Shown here: positions 50,977 through 64,000 of the stretch, piece by piece
How the letters are laid out: each line of letters opens with the position of its first letter
Position numbering within the stretch: position 1 is the stretch's first letter
Assembly: GCF_000143415.4 (NCBI RefSeq)
Contig: NW_003314276.1
Location: forward strand, 1,402,696 to 1,466,695
DNA length: 64,000 nt
From: Selaginella moellendorffii
Taxonomy: Eukaryota > Plantae > Lycopodiophyta
Reading direction: 5' to 3'
Notes under the pieces: model-generated
Told to the model about the DNA's origin: nothing
Seen by the model: only the letters and a program-made list of their open reading frames with translations
Database searches by the model: none
Program-made: the position numbers and the translations under genes

Positions 50977-52559
50977 CCAAGATAAAGTCCAAAATAGAGT
51001 CCGAGATGGAGTCTGAGATGGACCCAAGATGGAGTCCGATATGGACTTGAGATAGACCCGAGATGGAGTCTAAGATGAACCTGAGATGGAGTTTAAGGTC
51101 AAGTCTGAGATCAAGATAGAGATGGAGACCAAGACCGAGACTGAGACTAAGTCCACGTCCAAGTCCAAGTCTGAGACCAAGACCGAGACCTAGATCAAGA
51201 CCAAGACCAAGTCCGAGACCGAGGCTGAGACCGAGTCCTAGATTGAGTCTGAGACTGAGTTCAAGATCGAGTCTGAAACTGAGTCCTAGACTGAGTCCGA
51301 GTTTAATTCCGAGTCCAAGTTTGAGTCCGAGCTCGAGTTTGAGTTCGAGTCCGAGTCTGAGTCTGAGTCCCAGGGTGAAAGCCCAAAGCAATCATCTTCT
51401 AGACCCTAGGGGAGTATAGTAGGGGGAGGACTCTAGTGGAACCAGTTTGGCTAGGAAATGTTAGTTTGGCCAAGAAAGGCTAATGCAGCTAAGGAAGATT
51501 ATACACATGTGTTGAGTGATGATATATCCATTGAGGAGTCCAAGGCTAGAGTGAATGTGAATAAACAAGCGGGTAGCTTAGTAAAGTGTTCAAGTGCCAA
51601 CTCTAGATTCCCTAGGATATCAAACAGCTAGTGTGACGCAAGAAGGCTATGCCCATGTACTGGGTGATGATATATCCACTGAGGAGTCCAAGGCTAGAGT
51701 GAATATGAACTAACAAGTGGGATAGCTTGGTGAAGTGTTCAAGAGCCGGCTCTAGTTCCCCTAGGAGATCAAATGGTCAATACTCCCAATCCAAGTATGG
51801 GTGGCACTACCTATTTGAATACTTAGTGTGGCTCATCAAAACCTTGCTCTAGCCACATGGCTAGGGCACCCAAATGCGGAAGGTGGGGAGAGTACTCATA
51901 AGGCTTGCATAGGGCCATGGTGTTTCAAAATATTGTCCCAAAGTCTTAAATTGTGGAAAAGAAGAGGAACAATCCTCTAGTGTAATGACCAAGGATATGG
52001 TTATATAGTGAAGAAGTCCTAAAAGATAGTGGGACTTAATGGCTGGGCCTTTGGGCCTTCACCCAGTGGTGGTGTTGGTAAGCATGGCTGTTGATGATGA
52101 GGGATTTGGTGGAAATGGAATAAGGGACATTGGGGAAGGGCGTTCCTCATATCTTTGGGCATCTTAAGGGTGCTAAAGTGTGATCAGGGGATGACCATTC
52201 ATGGACAAATGGCATAGTTTTTGGGAAATGGGTTTATGGTATGGGTGGTCTTGGATTACTAATGAAACAAAGGTGAATGATAGCCTTAATGTAACAAGTT
52301 GATATGTCAATGGTACCTTTGAGTGTCAGTCATGGGATCTAGCATGTGATGCACTTGGACCAAGTGCAAAGGTTGAGTGGCAGAGATGCCATTCATGGGG
52401 CTAGCATGTCCCCAAGTCAAGAATAACAGCAACAAACATCATGGCCACAACCATATTCTTGCCCTTATCCTTGAACTCGGGTAGTAACAACATCAACCTC
52501 CATTAGCACAAGACTATCTCCCATAGGAAGTAGAGTTGAAAGGCATGTAGCAAGAAGTT

Positions 52560-55340
52560 TAAAGCCCCAAATTGGAGCCGAGAGAGTGCCATGTGGTAGT
52601 GGCTGAAGTGGAAGACAAACAAGTATAACACAATTAGACTAAAAGCTCTAATTTAAAAAAATGAGAGTAGGAGTGCAACTCCCAATGAAGTGCTCGAGGA
52701 ATGAGTACAAAGCAATCAATAAGCGAGCCTCTAGAAAAGGGACATAAGAGAACAAATATATGACACGTGAAAGTGTCAGGACCGAGTCCGAGGTGGACCC
52801 AAGATGAAATCTGAGAAGGTTCGAGATTGGAGTCCAAGTTTGAGTACGAAATGGATTCAAAATGGAATTCGAGATGGAGTCCAAGAAGGAGTCTGAGATG
52901 GATTTGATATGGAGTCCGAGATGGAGTCTAAGATAGAGTTTGAGAAGAAGTCTAAGATGGAGTCCAAGAAAGAGTTTGAGATATAGTTTGAAAAGGAGTC
53001 CGAGATGGAGCTTGAGAAGGAGTTTGAGACTGGGTTCGAGATTGAGGCTGAGATTGAGACCAAAACCAAGATTGAGACCAAGATCGATTTTGAGACTAAG
53101 TTTGAGTCCAAGTCCAAGTTCGAGTTCGAGTTTGAGTTTGAGGGTGAAAGCCCAAAACAATTGTTTCCCAGACCTTGGGGGGTTTGGTGAGCTCCAAAAT
53201 AATAATAGGGGGAAGACTTCAATAGAACAAATTTGGTTAGGAAAGGTTAGTGTAACCAAGGAAGGTTATACCTATATGGTGAGTGATAATATAACCATTG
53301 AGGAGTCCAAGGCTAGAGTGAACATAAATGGACAAGTGGGATAACTTAGTGAAGTGTTCAAAAGTTGCTTTTAACTCCCCCAAAAGATCAAATAGTCAAT
53401 GCTCCCAATCCAAGTGTAGGTGACACTACCTACTTAAATACCTTGTATGGCTCATCAAAACCTCACTCTAGCCATATGGCTAAGACACCCAAAAGTAGAA
53501 GGTTGTATAGGGCTATGGTGTTATGAAATGTCACCCCAAAATCTTAGACTGTGGAAAGGAAAAGGAACAATCCTCTAGTGTAATAACTAAGGATATGGTC
53601 ACATAGTGAAGAAGTTCTAGAAGATAGTGGGACTTAGTGCTCAGGCCTTTGGGCCTTGACCTAGTGGCAGTGTTGATAAGTACAGCTGTCAATGAAGAAA
53701 GATTTGGTGGGAACGGAATAAAGGATATTGGGGATGGGTGTTCCCTATTTCTCTGGGCATCCTAAGGGTGCTAAAGTGTGATCAGGGGATGACCACTTAT
53801 GAACAAATGGCATAGTCTTTAGGAGATGAGTTTGTGGTATAGGTGGTCTTGGACTATTAATGAAACAAAGATGAATAGATATAGCCTTAGTGTAACAAAT
53901 TGATACATTAGTGGTATGTTTGGATGTTTATAGTAAGATTGGACATGTGGAGCATTTGGACCAAGTGCAAAAGACTAAATGGTATAGACACCATTCATAA
54001 GGCTAACATATTCCTAAGTTAGGAGTAAGATTTATGAAGGTTGTAAGTGAGAATCTTCCAAGTGGTCAAAGGTGTAATTAAGTGACTAAAGTAGAATAGA
54101 AAATTTAGTCACTTACAATTTAATATTAAAGTTGTTCCTTAGTCTAACTTTTATTGATGGTCAAATATATCACCACTTGTATTGGCATTAGAAAGTCCCA
54201 AGAGTGAGCCTATCCTTGAGTAGTATATTGAGAGAGCATAGCTCTCTAGTTTAGTTTATACATGAATATGTAGGCAATGTGGTGGATGGAAAAAGGGCCA
54301 ATAAGGGAATGATTCTAAGATTTTGGGAACAGTAAAAGGTTTTCCTTAGAGAGTTAAGGATATTATCCATATAAACTAGTGCAATAATCAAAGGATAGGA
54401 GCAAAAGATTAGTAGCTAAGAATGGATTATGAAAATTATTGAAAGGAATCCAAATGACAAGCTATATGAAGAACATACATGTGGTGGATACGAATGAATT
54501 GTGAGAAAGGAAATATATTTCCAAAGATGGATTTCCAAATGCTCCAATGTGGTAAATGCAATAGCTCCAAGAAATGAAACAGCAATATAGCCAAATAATA
54601 AGGCTATGGACAATCCTAGGATAAATTATGAATAAGTGGAACTTAGTGTCTAGGGTGGTATAAAGTAAAAAAGAGGGTGATGGTGCCCTCAATTGAAGGA
54701 TTTTTTAGGATGGGGAACTAGAGTTTGTATCACATGTGCAATGCAAAATGTCGAAAACACTAAGGAAATTAACTTGAGAAGTCAATATCATAATTCTAAA
54801 GTATGATGGTTATATTGATAGAGCCTAAGACTACACTGGAATGAGTAGTAAAAGTGAGATAAAGGTGTCTCTAATAGGTTTAATGAAAACTAAATGAACA
54901 AAGGGAAAGAACTATTATATCTTATCTAATAAGACTTTAAGTTGTAAAAACTATGCTCCTTAAAGGATGGAAAAGGCATGGTGAGCCTTTGGTGTTGAAC
55001 CATTAATGAATATTGGCTTGGTACTAAGGAAAATAATAATCTATGATAGGGTTACTTTATAAAATGGTTTATCGTTCAATAAGGATATTAAACTTTGTCC
55101 ATGAGTGGTGGAATTGAGAAACCCCAAAGTGGAGTTGAGTGCTATATGGTAATAGCCAAAGTAGAAGTTAAACAAATATAACATATTTAGACTAAAATCT
55201 TTGACTCAAAAAGTCAAGAGAAAAAATAAAACTCCTAACAAAGTGCTTGAGAAACAAGCATGAAGCGATCAATAAGCAACCCTCTAGACAAAAGACACAA
55301 AAGGACTAACATATAACACGTGGAAGTGTTGGAACCAAGT
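52560..55340 (+). mobile_element. Family-C non-autonomous element: LTR to 54117, ~1-kb internal region, PPT, start of next LTR at ~55115
   Basis: LTR end AAAATTTAGTCACTTACA, decayed PBS, PPT ATGAGTGGTGGAAT. Confidence 0.65.
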
Positions 55341-55910
55341 TCGAATGCACACATGTTCTACAAAATTTTAATGAAATGTTGACCACAACATTCCCTACTT
55401 GATCCACTTTAACATATTTGGCTCCGCATGAAATAAAAGGCTTTTAAAACAAATTCTAAATTGCATCACTAACTCAAATGACCCTTAACAAAGACAATGC
55501 AATTGTTGGAAAGCATCATCATAATTGTTGGCATATTCAAATATGCATTTGAAAACATTTGGGAAAATGCTCTAATCCGTATGAGTGGTTGCATTCAAAC
55601 TATTGTACCATTGCAATGCCATCCCTTGGAAACATATAGGAAACTCACACAAACACTAAGCATCATCTCAAGAATGATATATAACAATCATTATAAAGTG
55701 ATTGAACCAATAATATACATCATCCTCGCGGAAGAACTCTAGCCAAATATGAAGATTAACAACAAGAGTAAAAGGAATTGTACCATACGTATGAATGCTA
55801 CCATGAATTGAGTCTTATTGTTCAATTGCAATTGTATTGCATTGAGTAACTACACCAACTACTACTCCAGAGTCAAAGAAGGAGGGGGTTATTGCTTTGC
55901 CATGAAAATG
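55340..55910 (-). pseudogene. Degenerate retrotransposon gag-like fragment, duplicated at ~62790-63340
   Basis: Minus strand reads DDVYYWFNHF...GMALQWYNSL... The two copies align by eye. Confidence 0.45.
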
Positions 55911-56574
55911 AATAAAAAGGAAAAAGCAAAAAAAAAAACATTGAAAAAGAAATAAAGAAAGAGAGATTTAAACAATGCAAAAGTCGGATTCCCTTGAGAA
56001 ATGGAAAACTCGAAAATAAATATATTTTAAATTATTATATATCAATATATAATTGATATTAAATTGAATATCCTTCTCTCTCTAAAGAATATATATACAT
56101 ATATATATATATAGAAAATAATACTCCAAAAAACTAAATAAATAAATTTAAATATAGATAATGAAAATAAATAAATATTGATTCTTTATTTTTAAGAACC
56201 ACTATATATACTACTATTAACTAAAGTACTTCATAACAAAATAAACAAGATAAATTTTATAAAATTAAGAAAATACTTTAAAGATAAAAAGGTTTACATT
56301 TATAAATCAGATTTATTATAAATTTATTTTATTTATTTTATTTTTTTATGTTATTTTTAAAATAAATTAAAATTATCTATTAAAATATTTTTTATATTAT
56401 ATATTAATATAAGGAAAAGAACTTTACATAATTGGTCATTTATATTTTATTTACCTTACAAATTTGTTGATGAGTTATTTTAAGCTGAAGATAAATATTT
56501 TTATAGTTATTTTTTTTAAAAAGTTTTTAGTTATACTTCTATTGAACTTTTTTATTATTAATAGAATAGGCTCA

Positions 56575-56674
56575 NNNNNNNNNNNNNNNNNNNNNNNNNN
56601 NNNNNNNNNNNNNNNNNNNNNNNNNNNNNNNNNNNNNNNNNNNNNNNNNNNNNNNNNNNNNNNNNNNNNNNNNN
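56575..56674. other. Assembly gap (100 N)
   Basis: N run. Confidence 1.
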
Positions 56675-59600
56675 GGCCGAGACTAAGATTGAGACCTAGA
56701 ATAAAATCAAGACTGAGTCTAAGATCAAGTCTAAGACCGAGTCCAAGTCTAAAGGTAAATCTTAAAGCAATTGTCTCCCAAACCTTGGGGGGTTTGGTGA
56801 GTTCCAAAAAGATAGTAGAGGGAGGATTCCAATGGAATCAGTTTGGTTAGGAAAGACAAATGTGACCAAGGAAGGCTATACCCATGTTGTGGGTGATTAT
56901 ATAACCACTAAAGAGTCCAAGGCTAGAATGAACATAAACAAACAAGTAGGGTGATGTAAAGTGTTCAAAAGCTAACTCTAGCTCCTTTGGGGGATTGAAT
57001 GATTGATGTGTAAGCTCCTGAGTTTGGACTTCCCGGGAGGTTACCCAACCCAGTACTATTCAAACCCAAGGACACTTAACCCCAAATATCCCAAGACCCT
57101 TAACCAATTGGAAAAGGGGGTGCACTCTTGTTCATGGGCCCTTTCCCTCTATATTTGAACCCCATGGATCGTCTCTCAAGTCGTTCCCTTTGGTTGCTTA
57201 CATGATGCTTCCAATCCAAGTGTAAGAGGCACTCCCTATTTCAATACCTGGTGTGGCTCATCATAACCTTGCTCTAGCCATATGGCTAAGGCACCCAAAG
57301 GCAGAAGGTGGGGAGAGTACCCATGAGGTTCACATATGCCTATAGTGCTATAAAATATTATGTTAAAGTCCCAAATTATGGAAAGGAAGAGGAATAATCC
57401 TCTTGTGTAGTGACTAAGAGCATAGTCACATGGTGAGGAAGTCTTAAAAGTCAATGGGACTTAGTGGTCAGACTTTTGGGCCCTAACTTAGTGGGAGTGA
57501 TAGCAAGCATTACCATGGACGGAGTGGGATTTGGTGGGGACTGATGGAGGGATATTGGGAAAGGGTGTTCTTTATATCTCTATGCATCTTAAGGGTGTTA
57601 AGGTGTGGTTAAGGGATGACCACTCATAGACTAATGGCTCAAATGGGTTTATGGTATAAGTGGTTTTGGATTACCAATGAAGTAAAAGTGAATGGATATG
57701 GCTTTAATGTAATAAGTTAATATATCAATTGTACCTTTGGGTGTCTATAGTGGGATTAGATATGTGGAGTATTTGGACCAAGTGCAAAAGGGTGAGTGGT
57801 ATAAATGTTATTCACAGGACTAGCATATCCTGAAGTTGGGAAAAGGATTTACGGAGGTTGTGAGTGAGAGTCTTCCAAGTGGTCGAATGTGTGGTTAAAT
57901 GACTAAAGTAAAACAAAAAATTTAGTTGCTTACAATTTGGTATTAGAGTTTTTCCTTAGTCTGACTTTTATTGGTTGTTAAGTATATCACAACTTGTATT
58001 GGCATCAGAAAGTCTTAAAAGTGGGCTTATTTTCGAGGAGTAGCATGTCAAGAGAGCATGACTCTCCACTTTAGTTCATATATGAACATATAAACAATAT
58101 AGTGAATAAAAAGGGGTCAATAAGGGAATGACTTTGGGATCTTAAGAACAATAAATGGCTATTCTTATAAAGTTGAGGATGTTTCATATAAGCATTTGAT
58201 TTAGTAAAATAGCTAATAAGTAGACAACTATATTTGGGATCATAAAATGATAAAGATGATAAAGGCATTATAAAATTATCTTCATATAGTTGAGGATGGT
58301 GCTAGAGTTGGTGACCATAAGAGGTTAAATATGGACAAGGATATATGTCCTTGAAATTGTAGCTAAGGCTAGGTCTAAAAAATGTTGGAATAATCCAAGG
58401 AGTGTACTCAAATGATGAGTTAGTGTTCTCATCATATAAAAAGGTAATTTTAAAAGGTGAAAATAGTTTATATAGAACCAAGGATAATCAAGTATTGAAA
58501 TAACACTTGCAATGATGGTCTTTACGAATAAGATGTGAATACAAGAATTTATATTCAAATGTGGTGGCACTTTAAAAGTAGTTGGGAGGATAGGACCTTA
58601 TAGAATGTCGAACTAACAAATTCCAAAAGTTGAATGACTCAATAGAGTCAAAAGATGGTCCTAAAGGCTTAAAGGAATCCCATTTGGATAGAAGTGTATT
58701 ATATTTGGTGAAAATTTGGGAGGATTATGAGTTTTAAATATGAGAACAATGGGTATTTCATTGATGGCAAAAAGTGTCATACTAAAGTTGTGAAAAATGT
58801 GCTCACGAAAGAAAGTAATCTCGGCAAAAAATTGTGTGTGAACATTAAGGAGCAATGCTAATTAACAATTGGTATAAGGAACGATTGCTTTGGTCTTAGC
58901 AAAACATAAACATAAATGGTCAATGTCATGATGGTAACCTTGTGGAGCTGGTGGGGTGGAGACCCTAAGTGTCTCAAGGGATGATGCCTTGAGGTTAAAT
59001 TGATGGGTTCATTAGAATACCTTGCCAAGAGAACCTCAATGGAAATAGAGTTGGCATATCTTGGATATGGTTGGATTTATGTACTTATACCAAATATTGA
59101 TGGAGTTGTGAAACCACCAACAATGAATTGTGGGATATAATAAACTATGAAATAACTAAATAAAGGTTTGAAATAATTTCTTAGAGCTAACTTAATGAGA
59201 CATTTTGGTTGGATAAGGAGGTTAGATACATCCCTTAAGGGGTGTTGTGCTTATGTTGCAGTATAGTGAATCAATATCAATAAGAAATATTCATTGCTTA
59301 AAAAGTCCATCATGGAAACATATAAACACTTTAAAAATACCAAAGAAGTAGTGTTTTATTATGAGGGTATTAGATAATGCCCAATGGACTATATTTCTAA
59401 AAAAAATAGATAGAACATACTATCAAATGTCCAAGGTTGACAAAAGCTAAAGATGGGGTAAATCCGACTATCCAAAGTAGATAAAGCCAAAAGGATTTTT
59501 ACATTGTTAGTAGCAGATAGAGAAATTAATGAGTAACAACATTAATCCTGGTATGTGGGATTACAAAGTGAGCATATCTAAATTGAAAAACCACTCCCTA

Positions 59601-62600
59601 GATCATTGAGTAAATTCATCCCTAAAAATACTTGCTAAGACATGGTAGAAAATGCAAAGCTAACCTCCTAATTGGGAGGAGAATAATCAACATATAAAAC
59701 CAAAAAGTAAGTAGTAAATGGATAAAATTGAATTATAAAAATCAAAAAGTATAATTGAGAGTAGTTATATAAGTTGAAAATGGAGAATCAAATGGGTGCT
59801 CAAAAGTGTTGCTATTAACAACCGTGATGCTATGGAAAGTTTAAGAGGGATAAGGTGTCAAAAGAATGGAAAGTTTTGTTCTTGAAAGATAATCCATAAG
59901 AGTTTAAATAAGCAGCATCTCGAGCAACACCCATATCATTACTATAAAGATTTATGTGAGTATCAAATGCTAACTCCATATTAAATTATATGGTAGTAAA
60001 AAGCTTGCAAAAAGATAAGAATTAGTAAGATATGGGATAGAGTCCTTTCAATGTTCCCAAAAACAATTTTGGGTAGATTGGTACATAGAAAAATAAATAT
60101 AAATGGTTCATGGAATTATGCAAAATCAAAGTGGCCTAGTAAAAATATGGTTTTGAAGTTTGCCATGAAGCAATGCTATCAAAGTTGGGCCCTTTTGAAG
60201 TCATCACTTTCAACTAGCGTTTTTGTTCTTCCAACTTGTTAATCCCACTTAGTAAATCACCTAACCAACATAACATAGTTCTTTGCATAAGTGTGAAAGT
60301 CTTCAAACATTGACTTTTGTTCAAAGTTATTTCTTTAAACCCATGAGAACTACTTCCATTTGGGAAATTTATATTTAGAAATATATTTCTTTTTCCAAAA
60401 TTTATTGGCATTTACCACATGGGTGTTCATTGCATAACTTGTTGTTTGAATTCTTTCCAATAATTTCTATAGCCCATTCTCAACCATTAGTCTTTTACTT
60501 CTATCCATTGATTCTTGTATTAAACAACATAAGGTCACTACCTTCATCCTTGAGGTATCATTTCCATTCCATAATAAAGGCTTTGTTTGCCAAGTCTAAG
60601 GGGTATTCACCCTTAGTAAGTCTCCCTAACATTTTTTGTTGTGACAACCTAACGTTATGACCTTCCCATGGGTCTTTCCTTAGAGACTACTTTCTTGGAT
60701 TCACAATACCATTGCATTGCCATAATTTATTTCCTTTAGGTATCCTTGGTCAAGTTACACCATACCATTTATTCAAATCACTACTTTGAACTAGGAATAT
60801 TATTTTTTAACTCACCAAGGAATTTATCCTTAATTATCAACCATAAAATCACTTAATGATCCCGTATAGATAGCTTAATAGGCTTACCAATAAGCACTAG
60901 ATCTTTCAAACCTCTAAATTCTTAACCACAACCCTAGAGCCATCCCCCACACTTGATAGTATGCCCAATTTAACCCTTTTGAATAATGGTCCATAACAAT
61001 TGAGATTGGGTGTCCCATATCCTCGGTGCCACTTGCACTAGAGTGTTTAAATTAAATATGTCAAATTTTCACATTAAGCACTCTAATTGTGCATCATGAC
61101 TTTGGGGCATCCCTCGCTTGGCAATATGCCCAAACCAGCCTTTTTACTGAAAGTCCATAATCATTGAAAATTGAATGTCCTTATATTCCAATGGGACTTG
61201 AACCCAAGAACTAAAACCCAATTTATGTATATACATCTATGAATTGCATCACCAAGATGCTTGGCGTAACTCCCCGCGCCAGTGCACCAACTTATATTTA
61301 ACACATGCTACAAATCATAGCTTAAGAATTTAGTTCCTCTGAACTTTAAAGTCCTCTCACATAACAAGCGAATTGACCCACTAGTGATTATGCATGGACT
61401 CCCCCATGCTTGGCTTCATGGGCCACAAGAATGTTTCAGGGACGTGTGGAAGCTCAAGATGGAGCCTTTTCCGGTGTGAAGAAAGACTCTAATGTGGAGA
61501 ACATAAAAGCTCTAAAATATGGAGTAGCAAGGTAACTAAATAATAGAGCCATGGATAACCTTAGCACAAATTATAGATAAGTGGAACTTAGTGCATAGGG
61601 TGGCACAAAATAAAAAAGAGGATAATGGTGCCCTCAATTGAAGGATTTTCTAGGATGGGGAAGTGGAGTTTACATAATATATGCAATGTAAGGTGTCAAA
61701 GATATGGAGGAAATTGACTCAAGAAGTTAATATCATAGTTTCAAAGTATAATAATTATATTGATGGAGATTGAGATTACTCCAGAATGAGTAGTAAGAGT
61801 AAAATAGACTCTAAGTTGGAGAAATTATACTTCTTAGGGGATGGGAAAAATATAATGAGCCTTTGGTGTTGAACCATTGACAAATATTAAGTTAGTGCTA
61901 AGTAAAATGGTAATCCATAATGGAGTTACTTTATGAAATGGTTTATCATTTGATGAGGATATAAAACTTTGTTTATGAGTGGTGGAGTTGTGAAACACAA
62001 ACCCCTAAGCCCCAAAGTGGAGCCAAGAGGGTGCCACGTGGTAGTGACCATAAAAGCTCCAACTTGAAAAGTCAAGAGCAAAAATGGAACTCCTAACAAA
62101 GTGCTCAAGAAATGAGCACAAAACAATCAATAAGTGAGCCTCTAGAAAAAGAACACAAGACAATCAACATATAACATGTGGAAGTGTCAAGATAGACCCG
62201 AGATGGACTTAAGAGGGAGTTCAAGGAGTCCAAGATGGAATTCAAGTTGGAGTCTAAGATGGACCCAAGATGGAGTCCGAGATGGAGTTCAAAAAAGAGT
62301 CTGAGATGGAGTCCGAGATGGAGCTAAAAAAAAAGTCTGAAATGGAGTTTAAGTAGGAGTTCAAGATGGCATCTAAGATGGAGTCCAAGAATGAGTCCAA
62401 GATGGGAGTCCGAGATGGAGCTCAAGGTCAAATTGTGGTCAGGGGATAACCACTCATAAATGACTAGCCCAATCTTTGGGAGATAGGTTTATAATATAAG
62501 TGGTCTTGGATTACCAATGAGACAAAGATGAATGAATATAGCTTTAGTGTAATGGGCTAATATGTCAATGGTATCTTTAGATGTCTGTAGTAGGATTAAA

Positions 62601-62774
62601 TATATGAAGCACTTGGACCGAATACAAAAGGTTGAGTGGCATAGATGTCATTTATGGGGCTAGTATGTCCCTAAATTGGGAGTAGGACTTATGAAGGTTG
62701 TGAGTGAGAGTCCTCCAAGTGGTCAAAGGTGTGGTTAAATGCGTAAAGTAAAATGGAAAATTTAGTCGCTTACA
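56675..62774 (+). mobile_element. Family-C LARD-like element: LTR to 57934, PBS 57938, ~4-kb internal region, PPT, shortened 3' LTR 61989-62774
   Basis: TTAGTTGCTTACA-ATT-TGGTATTAGAG; ATGAGTGGTGGAGT-TGTGAAACAC; end TTTAGTCGCTTACA. No recognisable gag/pol on +. Confidence 0.7.
57009..57202 (-). mobile_element. 194-bp solo LTR containing the 5S rRNA internal promoter region (Cassandra-like TRIM)
   Basis: TGTAAGC...GCTTACA termini and perfect TSD TGATG. 57026-57080 on - reads GTTAAGTGTCCTTGGGTTTGAATAGTACTGGGTTGGGTAACCTCCCGGGAAGTCC, matching the 5S A-box/IE/C-box region. Confidence 0.85.
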
Positions 62775-63549
62775 CAAGTATATACACAAGTTTTACAAAA
62801 TGTTAATAAAATGCTAATCAAACATTCCCAACTTGATCTACTCTGACATATTTTGCTCCGCACGAAATAAAAGGCTTTAAAAACAAACCCTAAATTACAT
62901 CACTGACTTAAATAGCCCTTGACAAAGACAATGCAATTGTTAGAAGGCATCATTATAATCGTTAGCATGTAAATATGCATTTAAAGACATTTGGGAGAAT
63001 GTTTTAATCCTCATGAATAGTTGCATTTAAACCATTGTACCATTGTAGTGCCATCCCTTAGAGACACGTTAGAAACTTATGCAAATTCCAAGCATCATCC
63101 CAAAAGTGATATATGGCAATCATTGTAAAGTGATTGAACTAATGGTACACGTAATCCTTATGAAAGAACTCTAACCAAACATGAGGATTGATAGCAAAAG
63201 TAAGAAGAGCTATACCATGCACTATGAATGTTGTTATCAATTAAGTTTTATTGTTCAACTACAACTACATAGCATTAAGTATTTATACTAACTACTACTC
63301 TAGAATCAAAAGAGGAGGAGGCTATTGCTCTGCCATAAAAATGAATTAAAAGATAAAAACAAAAGAGAAGAAATTGAAAATGTTATAAGAAAAGGGAGAT
63401 TTAAATGATACAAAAGTTAGATCTAAAACAAAACCCCAAATCCAAGCACTCCTAAGGGACAATCAAAGTTGCCCCTCATCTCCATTAATGTGAGTGCATA
63501 AAATATGAAAATTAAATATAAAAATATGCATATTAATCACCCTAGCTTA

Positions 63550-64000
63550 TATATGGGGAAGTGCGTGTTTGGATCCAAGGACACAAGTTATCTTGGGTAC
63601 CGTATTTCTCGTGTGGGTTTGCAAGTTAATCCTGACAAACTTATGGCTATTCTAAAGTTCCCTACTCCAAAGTGTGTGAATGATGTGCAGCGCTTCTTGG
63701 GCAAGGTGCAGTATCTCAGGCATTTTGTGGATCATCTTTCTGATCGCACTGCACCATTGTGAGCGTTGCTGAAGTCATCAATATCATCTTTCATTTGGTC
63801 TCCGGATTATGAGCAGGCGTTCGGGGATCTCAAAAAGTTATTAACAACTCCTTCGGTTTTGGCATATCCTAACTACACTCGACCTTTTATTTTGCACATG
63901 GATGCTTTTGACATTGATCTTGGAGGTGTGTTAATGCAAGAGAGCTCGAGTGTGCCTGGTTAGTGCCATCCCATTGCATATATAAGCCGTACATTACAAC
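63550..64000 (+). pseudogene. Ty3/Gypsy RT thumb / RNase H fragment
   Basis: KCVFG..YLGYRIS, DVQRFLG, LAYPNYTRPFILHMDA..LGGVLMQ. In-frame stops. Confidence 0.8.

Larger units (their letters stand above)
30678..52430 (+). mobile_element. Family-C LTR split by the young chromovirus (halves 30678-31055 and 50977-~52430)
   Basis: Family-C 5' end at 30678. The repeat array and downstream LTR sequence resume after TSD CCAAG at 50977. Confidence 0.7.

Noticed and set aside
55990-56574. Extremely AT-rich stretch as a functional element
   Set aside because: Low-complexity sequence running into an assembly gap; likely poor-quality contig end.
57026-57080. 5S rRNA gene
   Set aside because: Only the internal promoter part matches, and it is embedded in an LTR-like insert with a TSD.

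Overview
Eukaryotic (land-plant) repeat-dense window. The 40-80 nt introns, the CYP72-clan gene and a Tat-type element with an extra RNase H suggest a lycophyte such as Selaginella (inference). One intact host gene is present: a 5-exon cytochrome P450 at 16190-17965. The rest is nested transposable elements plus two 100-N gaps. Main structure: a young Ty3/Gypsy chromovirus (31056-50976, ~99% identical LTRs, TSD CCAAG) whose pol is split by a 12.4-kb DNA transposon (34153-46518, 24-bp TIRs, 4-bp TSD ACAT). That transposon encodes a Sola-type DDD transposase on + and a divergent multi-exon cargo gene on - (ParB/Srx-like, degenerate DNA-methyltransferase-like and FCP1-like HAD phosphatase domains). 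It also carries more than 20 dispersed copies of a 22-bp palindrome (ATGGCRTGWGGCCWCAYGCCAT), concentrated in introns and non-coding parts. The host chromovirus has two apparent spliceosomal introns inside integrase and a candidate gag/pol-junction intron that is also present in an older relative (4710-11928). A 5S-rRNA-containing (Cassandra-like) solo LTR lies at 57009-57202. All alignments and domain calls were made by eye, with no database searches.
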